A DNA stretch of 63,230 bases, counting the filler. It is 10 parts of 10 records of this genome, joined end to end, with 100 filler letters (N's around TTAATTAATTAA, not from the genome) between each part and the next. Parts side by side here need not be neighbours in the genome. Positions count along the whole stretch, not along the records: positions 51,083 to 57,027 come from SRR31147125_5669; positions 57,128 to 63,230 come from SRR31147125_5748; 8 more parts are not named here. The stretch is one strand, 5' to 3'. Within the stretch, counting starts at the first letter, position 1. Each line of letters opens with the position of its first letter. Under the pieces are notes generated by a model, which saw only the letters and a program-made list of their open reading frames with translations, made no database searches and had not been told where the DNA came from. Shown piece by piece: positions 55,255 through 63,230 of the stretch. The translations under genes and the position numbers were made by a program.

Positions 55255-55293
55255 TTGTTTCAAGATTGAAACAATTTGTTCATAATGAAACAA
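55255..55293. promoter_or_regulatory. Tandem palindromic operator upstream of the TAXI operon
   Basis: TTGTTTCAA-GA-TTGAAACAA, adjacent TTGTTCATAATGAAACAA, partial third copy at 55081. Confidence 0.55.
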
Positions 55294-55553
55294 GAGGTAG
55301 CATACGGTTGATGCCAGGGACACCTTTGCAATTACTCAGCAACCAAAATCTGCATAGATTTCAAGGTAATGCAGTTTCTTCTCTGGTTTGATACTTGTTG
55401 CGAAGTCCCTGGATATTGCTGATACCATCATTGTGCAAATCGGTAGAAATCATGTTATTGAGAAATTCGGGAGTACGTTGATGGTTGCAATAGTTGACTG
55501 GGAAACTGGCCTCTCGTTTCGTCCTCTACGGTTGATATTAATTTATGAGTAGA

Positions 55554-55631
55554 GGCCACTTTGAAAAGTAGCCTTTTCTCCCAAGCTCAGGAAGCGATTT
55601 TGAACGAAAATCTCAATTTTTCAAGGTAGCC
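55554..55631 (+). mobile_element. MITE-like repeat, internally deleted copy (78 bp)
   Basis: Both termini present; interior lost between two GATT microhomologies. Confidence 0.78.
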
Positions 55632-55709
55632 TTAAGAGAATCGGGACATTGACGCGATAAGCTCCAACCAGTAGTATTCGTATGTCTTCAATCGGAAAAC
55701 CAAATTTCA

Positions 55710-56591
55710 TCAATCAAAACCGTATAACACAGAGGGATTTTTAACGAGAATTTGTCTAAGATCTTTCGTGTCGCCGAAACAACGATACAACTCTTCTAAA
55801 AGCCCCGCTGTATCAATATCCCGATAGGGGACTTCTTTATTTTCTCCAATAGTACTACTGTGAATTGGGGGATGAGGCCAATCGGTTCCCCAGATTATTC
55901 GATTGGGATTATATCGATAGAGTCTACGTGTAAGATTACGAATCTCAGGGTTGGAGAAATCATTGGTTTTAGTGTGGTCCAAGCGGTAGGGAGCAGAAAT
56001 TTTTAGCCACAAAGTACCGTTTTCCAATAATTGTTTTATCGCGATCTCGTTTTGACAGATGTCTGACTTGGGTTCAAGTAGGGCAAAGTGGTCGACCACA
56101 ACAGGTACGGGCAAGTTTTGAAGTGAAGGAGCAAGGGCTGAAATTATAGCTGCGGTTGTAAAGATCTGTAAATGCCAGTTGTTGCGCATACACATCCTTG
56201 CAGAATCGTTCAACTGTTCAATGATTTTGTCAATTTTGCTGAATCCGTAAGTCGCAAGATTGATCCGTAGTCCCCGCACTCCTATTTTATTCAATTCATC
56301 AAGATATTCATCAGGAGTGTTGGGCTCTAGTACAGCAACCCCGCGCGCACGAGGACCTATCGACTTTAATGCGTCAAGCAAACAGCTGTTGTCATAACCG
56401 AAAATGCTCGTTTGCACTAACACCATCCGCTCGATTCCCAGGATCTTGTGCATGTTCAGCAAATTGCCCAGTGGGGCATCCATAGGGGTATATACGCGCC
56501 TATTTGCCAGTGGATATCTGCTCTTAGGGCCGATAACATGTAGATGACAGTCACACGAACCAGTTAAGTCACATTGATTTAAATTGCTCAT
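55710..56591 (-). CDS. Amidohydrolase_2 family protein (LigI-like lactonase fold)
   Basis: DCHLHV, VLVQTSIFGYDN, GVRGLR, VDHF, WGTDWPH; start MSNL chosen. Confidence 0.88.
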   Translation of the reverse strand: MSNLNQCDLTGSCDCHLHVIGPKSRYPLANRRVYTPMDAPLGNLLNMHKILGIERMVLVQTSIFGYDNSCLLDALKSIGPRARGVAVLEPNTPDEYLDELNKIGVRGLRINLATYGFSKIDKIIEQLNDSARMCMRNNWHLQIFTTAAIISALAPSLQNLPVPVVVDHFALLEPKSDICQNEIAIKQLLENGTLWLKISAPYRLDHTKTNDFSNPEIRNLTRRLYRYNPNRIIWGTDWPHPPIHSSTIGENKEVPYRDIDTAGLLEELYRCFGDTKDLRQILVKNPSVLYGFD

Positions 56592-56858
56592 AAGAATTTC
56601 TTGTTGCTTCCTTGTATTTAGGGTTTGAAACTGTATCTGATCTTTCCCCATTGACATAGATGGACAATCTGGCTGCATTGTGCATCTTATTCCTTTCCGC
56701 CTCATATGGTGCGGAAATCAGTGCCCGTTCGTTAAATGCCATTCCCTGCAATTGTCGTAGTCTCCAATCTTTTCGAACAGTGCGTGTTTAATGTCCTGAA
56801 TAACAGGGGGACTGGCAAGAAAATATTAACAAAAAAATAGTGGATGTAAATCTCTATA

Positions 56859-57027
56859 GGCCACCTTGAAAAATAGCCTTTTCTCCCAAACTCTGGAAGC
56901 GATTAAAACGAAATACATTTCGGTTTAATCAGGGTTACGTATGAAAATTTTATCCTCAACATTGCAACTATATGCCTGCCGCAAACTTCCCAAGAGCGCC
57001 TTGATTTTGAACGAAAATTTCAATTTT
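56859..57027 (+). mobile_element. MITE-like repeat, near-full copy truncated by the contig end
   Basis: GGCCACCTTGAAAAATAGCC left end after TATA; homologous to 53737-53915. Confidence 0.8.
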
Positions 57028-57127
57028 NNNNNNNNNNNNNNNNNNNNNNNNNNNNNNNNNNNNNNNNNNNNTTAATTAATTAANNNNNNNNNNNNNNNNN
57101 NNNNNNNNNNNNNNNNNNNNNNNNNNN

Positions 57128-58150
57128 AAAATCCGGAACGATACGTAAATGACTGCAGATGGGGCGAATGCCCCACACCCGACCTTCATAAACCAGGGAT
57201 GGTAAATCATACATCATACCATGCACATCCATGAGATATCGTTCGGTCTGTGCTTCTCTTATGCGCATCCATTCGGTGTTCCAGGCGTGATCAAAAGAGT
57301 GGCTGGCTTTGGGCAACAGGTAACGTGTCCAGACACCGTTGTGCAGAACGCGAAGGACTACAGAGGATTTCGTCCATCCTGTGGCGTATAACGTGTTACC
57401 ATAATTTTTACCGACTCCCGGATTCTGTTTTCCGGACACTTCCACAAAAGGATTTCTTTCCAGAATGGTCCATTTTTGACCATCCCATTCTGCCAGGCGA
57501 CCGCCCTGCACTTTGCCAAGAAAGTCATCCTCCCAATAGCGATTCGCAGCGACCACTACCCGCCCCTGGGCTGTATGTCCACCTTTAAAGTGGGGCGCCT
57601 GTCCGGATGGAAAATCGAGTTCCTTATTTAGATCAAAAAGCTGTTTTGATTCCAAAGTTTTTAAATTAATTTCCCACAAATATCCTTCCATTGTGAGGAA
57701 ATAAACCATTTCTTCAGGATTTTTCAGATGACGCATGGTGGCAGCAAGACGAACTTTTTTCATTTCCGGTATTGTCCGGACATGGCCTTCAGCATCTATG
57801 ACATGAGGGCCTATGACCACCTGGTTTGTTTCCCAATGCACCAGACGGTTTGCAAAAGTGCCGGTCACTGACTCGGGATGACGGCGCCAGGTCATATCCT
57901 CGCTTATTTCATACAGACCGATATCACTGCCGGATATGTGAGCGACATAACCAATAGCCCAGAGTTTGTTGGCCCATGGTATCAAAGCGCCGATACCTGT
58001 TTCACTGTTACTGCCAACACCATCGGCCATAACTGTGAGGTGAGGAAATACATTACCCACCTGCACTGATGAAATAGATTTATGATCCTGAGCGAAAATG
58101 ATGGATGAAAAAAGAATAATATTATATACAATACATTTTATTGAATTCAT
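57128..58150 (-). CDS. Secreted hypothetical protein, beta-rich (3' partial)
   Basis: Signal peptide ending IIFA-Q; long ORF with Trp/Gly-rich motifs. Confidence 0.7.
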
Positions 58151-58291
58151 GTTACATCCTTTAATGTTAGCCTGAAATGCAGTGATATTTTGAAAAAATA
58201 TTATTTATCTTAAAAACGAAAGAAGCAGATGCTATGCCGAGAAACAGATTTTGATATTCATATTAGAGTAAAGGTCATTATTTATTTTAAT

Positions 58292-59338
58292 TTAGCGTGA
58301 CTTTGTTTGTGTTTGATTTAATGCCAATCGCTTGACAGAATTGCGACGTATAAGATTTGTGGGCAGTTTAATATTAACGGGTGCCTTTACTGATCTCGAT
58401 TCCATCAAGTCTATCAATAGGTTGACGGTCATCAATCCCATTGCATTGATGGGCTGTTCGACAAAGGTGGTGGAATCACCAAAGTAATCAGAATAAGGTA
58501 TATCATCAAAACTAACAAGGGATATATCCTCAGGTATTTTAAGCCCTTCCTCCCGAATGGCACGCATCGCTCCTATAGCTGTAACGTGACTGAGAGCGAA
58601 AATTGCTGTGGGCCTTTTTTGACTATTGAGTAAAAGTTTTACTTCCAGGTAGCTATTTTTCTGTCCAAATTTATCACTAATTACTTGTATTGCTTCCATT
58701 GGTAGGTTATGTTTTTTTATAGCATCCCTGACGGCCTGCAAACGCTGGTTGTTGATCCAGGCTTGTGGCAGACCATGAATACAGGTTATTGACGTGTGAC
58801 CCATTTGGATCAGGTGTTCTGCAGCATCAAAAGCCCCCTGATAATTGTCGATAGACACCCGGGAGCATTCGAGATTTGGAAATATTCGGTCTGCTACAAC
58901 GATCGGCACATCCTGGTTAAAAAGTTCTTCAAGATGTGCTGATTCAATACCGACAGGTAAAATAATCAGACCGTTCACCTGGTGGTTCTTTAATATGTTG
59001 ATGGCTTTGATTTCATTCCGGGTATTTTCCATGCTATCACAGAGAATGACAGAGTAATCAAGCTTGTAAGCATGAGCAGTCATAATTTGAGTGAGCCTGC
59101 TCAGGTAAAAGTGAGACATATCGGGAATAACAATACCAATGGTCTTTTCCGAAGTATGGTCAGGTCTGAAGAGGTTTTTATAGGGTTCAAAACCCAGGTC
59201 TTTTGTTGCCTGGAGAATTTTATCAACTGTTTTTTTCTTAATGCGATATTTTGCTGCCTGTCCGCTTAGTACACGAGATACAGTCGCCACAGACATGTGG
59301 ACATGTTGAGCGATATCTTTTTGCGTTACTTTGCTCAT
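58292..59338 (-). CDS. LacI family transcriptional regulator
   Basis: VTQKDIA..VSRVL HTH, IDNYQG, IPEDISLVSFDD. Confidence 0.93.
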   Translation of the reverse strand: MSKVTQKDIAQHVHMSVATVSRVLSGQAAKYRIKKKTVDKILQATKDLGFEPYKNLFRPDHTSEKTIGIVIPDMSHFYLSRLTQIMTAHAYKLDYSVILCDSMENTRNEIKAINILKNHQVNGLIILPVGIESAHLEELFNQDVPIVVADRIFPNLECSRVSIDNYQGAFDAAEHLIQMGHTSITCIHGLPQAWINNQRLQAVRDAIKKHNLPMEAIQVISDKFGQKNSYLEVKLLLNSQKRPTAIFALSHVTAIGAMRAIREEGLKIPEDISLVSFDDIPYSDYFGDSTTFVEQPINAMGLMTVNLLIDLMESRSVKAPVNIKLPTNLIRRNSVKRLALNQTQTKSR

Positions 59339-59363
59339 TGATACTCCCGGTTCACTTTGCAAT

Positions 59364-59377
59364 ATGTTGCGCAATAT
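59364..59377. promoter_or_regulatory. Candidate LacI operator
   Basis: ATGTTGCGCAATAT, a near-perfect CG-centred palindrome 25 bp upstream of the lacI start. Confidence 0.45.
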
Positions 59378-59752
59378 AGTTATTGTTGTGAAATGAGTCA
59401 AGAGAAATAAATAGATTATATTTTTTTGTGTTGTATAAGTAAATGTTAAATAATATTTAACGTTGAGACGTTTTGTATGGTAATAATATAATTTGGTAGC
59501 ACAATTATTTGCGCACCAATTTTCGAAGAAATTAATGTGTCGTTACAAAATTATTTTTCCTGTTTAACCTTAAAAAACACAAGCTTTAATTTTTTTTTGT
59601 AAAAAAAGTATTGATAATTTATGCAAAAATGTGTTAAAATAGCTGTTTCAATTTTCTGGATGTGTTGGTATTAAAATAGGTATCCAGTCAGATTGATATA
59701 CAGAATACATTCTGAATCTAAATAATTATTTTTTAATAGAACACAATGTACC

Positions 59753-62277
59753 ATGGGAGTGGGTATGCTTACAAATTGGAAAGTAAAAGATTTTAATCCT
59801 TCTGAAGGCCAGAGTAAGAAGGTGTTTTCAGCAGAGTATGATGATAAAAACTGGCTTCCGATTCAGGCTCCCGGAGATGTGCACTCTGTATTGAAGGCAC
59901 ATAGCATCATTAAAGATCCGTTTTATGATCGAAATGAAGATGAATGCCGATGGGTGGAAGAAAAGGAGTGGTGGTATCGAATTCAGTTTCCAGGTGAAAA
60001 AAGAGAGCTCGAATACGGCGAATCTCTTTTACTTACGTTTTACGGCATTGACACGTTTGCGACAATTTGGTTCAACGGGCGGGAAATTGGCCAGACTGAA
60101 AATATGTTCCGAAAATACGAATTTGATATCAGCGAGAGTTATTTATTCAATGGAACTAATACAATTGCCATTTGTATTGATCCGGCTCTGAGTCATGAAA
60201 ATCGCAATTTGCCATTCCAATCCTGGGGGCCAAATCCGGAGCGAGTCAGCCTGCGAAAAGCGCAATATCACTATGGCTGGGATTGGGGCCCGCGCCTCCC
60301 TACAGTGGGACTCTGGCAGCCAGTAGAAATAAAAAGAAGACGAGGCGCTTATTTCAATGATGTCCATTTTTATACTCTGAATCTATCACCAGATAAGCAA
60401 AAGGCTCTAACCGCCCTGGATGTTCGGGTTCATCCCGGTCTCGAAACACAGCCACTAAAGGTTCTTGTTCAATTGGAGGATCAGGATGGAAACAATGTTG
60501 TTGAACAGTCTCACGAGATGGAACAAAATAACCCGGCAAATATAAATCGTATCTACCTGACCGTAAACAAACCTCAATTATGGTGGACACATGATTTGGG
60601 TGAACCTCATCTCTATAAGCTAAAGGTTCAATTGTTTGCCAGCGACCACCTGGTTGACATTTTTGAGCACAGAGTTGGGATTCGCACCATCGAACTGGAT
60701 CAGTCTCCGGATACGGATGAACCTGGTACACGTTTTTTTCGTTTTGTTATTAATAGAGTACCCATTTTTGCCAAAGGTGCCAATTGGATTCCTTCAGATT
60801 CTTTTGTCGGGTCTTTACAACAAAAAAGATATCAAAACCTTTTACAAAAGGCTCAAGCAGGAAATATCAATATGTTGAGAATCTGGGGGGAGGTATTTAC
60901 GAACATGATTGGTTTTATGATTCGTGTAATCAATTAGGCATATTGGTCTGGCAGGATTTTATGTTTGCCTGTGCTGTGTATCCGGAAGAGCCGGAACATT
61001 TTGTGCAGAATGTGATAACAGAAGCGGAATATCAGGTGAATCGTCTGAAAAATTATCCTTGTATGGCTTTGTGGTGTGGAAACAATGAGAATCAATGGAT
61101 ACATGACTCTGAACATTGGGACGAATTGAATTTTCCGCTTCCCGGTAATCTTTATTATCATACTATTTTACCCGATATTGTGAAAAAGCATGATGGACAT
61201 ATCCCATATTGGCCGGGATCGCCATATGGCGGGGATGATCACAATAGTATGGATGATGGCGACCGGCATAACTGGGATGTCTGGCATGGCAATTTACCCA
61301 GAAAGTTTGGTGAAAAACCTCGTGTAGATCAGGGGCCTGAAGGAGTTGCTTATAAAAACTATGCAAAAGATACAGGGCGTTTTATCAGTGAGTTTGGTAT
61401 GCACGCATCGCCTGTGTTGGAGACACTAAAACGCTGCATGCCTGCGGATCAACTCTATTTTCATAGCCCGTCTATGGATCACCATAACAAGGATTTCCCA
61501 AAAAACAAGGGTGATAATTTAATGCTGCCGGTGACAGGTTTGCCGAAAAATCTGGAAGAATATATTAATTACAGCATGATTGCACAGGCTGAAGGATTAA
61601 AATTCGCAATAGAGCACTTTCGCCGCCGGAAGCCCCATTGTTCCGGTACATTAATATGGCAATTTAATGATTGCTGGCCATGTTTAAGCTGGAGTGTGGT
61701 CGATTATTATGGTTTTGAAAAAGCGGGTTATCACTATATGCGTCGCGCGTTTTCACCTGTGCTGACTTCCTTTAAATCATTGAAAAATGGTGATATCGAA
61801 GTATGGATAACGAATGATACCCTGGATTCAGTAACAGACAATATCGCCCTCAGGCATGCAAAATTTGATGGTCATATTGAATGGTTGAAAGACGTAGAAA
61901 TTAATGTACCTGCCAATACAAGTTTACCTGTTTACACTCTACGAAAAGGGGATATGTTAGCAGATGAATATCACTATTTGTCAGTTGCTTCATATTCTGA
62001 TATGTTTCCGAAAAACCGGCACTTTTTTTATATGATCAAAGACCTGAAAAGAGAAAGGCCGATTATCAATATATCGCATCAGGTTATTGATGACAATTCA
62101 ATTCGATTCGAAATAAGTACTCAAACCTATGCTCATTTTGTTCATTTTGTATTCTCCGATGAAACCATTACTCTTTCTGATAATTATTTTGATTTAGAGC
62201 CTGGAGAAACAAAAATTCTGACCGTCCGACATAACGGATCTCTTCATCCCGGCGACCTATACGTAAAAAATATGTAA
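59753..62277 (+). CDS. GH2 beta-mannosidase-like glycosidase, frameshift in G6 at 60885-60890
   Basis: RKAQYHYGWDWGP, KGANWIP, RIWGGGIYE (restored), WQDFMFAC, WCGNNE, FISEFG. Confidence 0.9.
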
Positions 62278-62293
62278 TTTTTGAAAAATTGTC

Positions 62294-62406
62294 TTGACAT
62301 GTTGGAGAAAATTAGTATATTAAAATCGAAACGTTTCGATAGAAACGATATGAAAATAATATAAAACCTTAAAAAACATAAACTAGAAAGATAAAAACGT
62401 TTCGAT
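62294..62406 (+). promoter_or_regulatory. Promoter plus two LacI operators
   Basis: TTGACA-16 bp-TATATT; perfect ATCGAAACGTTTCGAT at 62325-62340; ATAAAAACGTTTCGAT at 62391-62406. Confidence 0.75.
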
Positions 62407-63230
62407 GAATTCCACAATTAAAGATGTTGCTAAAAAAGCTGGAGTGGCCGTCTCGACTGTTTCTCTGGTTGTGAACCATAAAGGGCCTGTATCAAAAAAG
62501 ACAGAAGATAAAGTGTTAAAGGCGATTGAAGAATTGCAGTATCACCCCCAACGTTCAGCCCGCGGCCTCGTAACAAAGCAGAGCGGAAATTTTGGCTTTG
62601 TGCTTGGTGCTGATCATTTTTCCCAAGCTGAACCTTTTTATACGAAAATTTTTTTAGGAACCGAGTTTGAAGCTCGTGCTTATGATTATTATATTTTGCT
62701 GACAACAATCGGGCGCCATGTTTCTAATCAGAATATTCCCCGTTTTTTGTTGGAACGAAATGTCGATGGTGTAATTCTGGCAGGTACGGTGCCTTGCAAA
62801 ATTGTGGATTATATTCAAAAAAAACGATTGCCCGTGACCCTCATTGATTATGAGCTGCCAAATCCAACCTATTCTACTGTCTTGATTGATAATGCCATGG
62901 GAATGAAGCTTATAATTGACCACTTGCTGGAACTTGGGCATCATGATTTAGCCTTCATTGGCGGTGATATGGAACATCCCAGTATGCGGGAACGATGTGA
63001 AACATTTAAAAGCTATCTCGAACAAAAAGGTATTCATGTTGATGAAGATAGAATAGAATCTTCGCAAACAACGAGTGGAACTGATGCTGGATTTGAGGCT
63101 ACAACGAACCTGCTTGAAAAAAACTTTAATATTTCGTCTATTGTCGCTGCTAATGATGCGATGGCTGTTGGTGCTTTACGTGCCTGTCGTAACCGTAAAA
63201 TAAGAATTCCGGAAGACATTGCCATTACCG
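62405..63230 (+). CDS. LacI family transcriptional regulator (3' partial), absent from the ORF track
   Basis: MNSTIKDVAKKAGVAVSTVSLVVN, IDNAMG, ANDAMA, IPEDIAIT. Confidence 0.92.
   Translation, partial: MNSTIKDVAKKAGVAVSTVSLVVNHKGPVSKKTEDKVLKAIEELQYHPQRSARGLVTKQSGNFGFVLGADHFSQAEPFYTKIFLGTEFEARAYDYYILLTTIGRHVSNQNIPRFLLERNVDGVILAGTVPCKIVDYIQKKRLPVTLIDYELPNPTYSTVLIDNAMGMKLIIDHLLELGHHDLAFIGGDMEHPSMRERCETFKSYLEQKGIHVDEDRIESSQTTSGTDAGFEATTNLLEKNFNISSIVAANDAMAVGALRACRNRKIRIPEDIAIT

Noticed and set aside
55300-55550. Possible gene remnant between the operator and the short repeat copy
   Set aside because: Only short open stretches with no recognisable motif

Overview
This is not one genome. It is ten unrelated contigs joined by artificial 100-bp linkers (N44-TTAATTAATTAA-N44), probably from an anoxic environmental metagenome; taxonomic labels are inferred from composition and protein style. 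(1) 1-8441: AT-rich plasmid, probably Fusobacteriota, with an ArdC-type polyvalent protein, Gp157 and Rad52 genes, an iteron origin, rep, parA and an atypical ParA partner whose gene contains a palindromic candidate centromere. (2) 8542-17714: Desulfobulbales-like housekeeping genes (uvrC, rsmE, waaA, comEC, pilT, LOG, TPR). (3) 17815-24149: Bacteroidota regulator-susC-susD. (4) 24250-29583: compact eukaryotic DNA with short introns (adenylyl cyclase, makorin, BiP). (5) 29684-34899: Desulfobulbales-like, with a hidden selenoprotein flavo-oxidoreductase (in-frame TGA at the catalytic Cys position plus a SECIS-like hairpin) upstream of an octaheme tetrathionate-reductase-type cytochrome. (6) 35000-40525: AT-rich sensor kinase pair and polyamine operon. 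(7-8) 40626-50982: two Bacteroidota contigs. (9) 51083-57027: deltaproteobacterial TAXI-TRAP locus with four copies of a structured MITE-like repeat. (10) 57128-63230: LacI / beta-mannosidase locus. At least seven genes are split by one-base deletions, nearly all in homopolymer runs, which look like sequencing errors. Best leads: the Sec flavoprotein-octaheme pair, the ParA/non-ParB partition system, and the MITE family.
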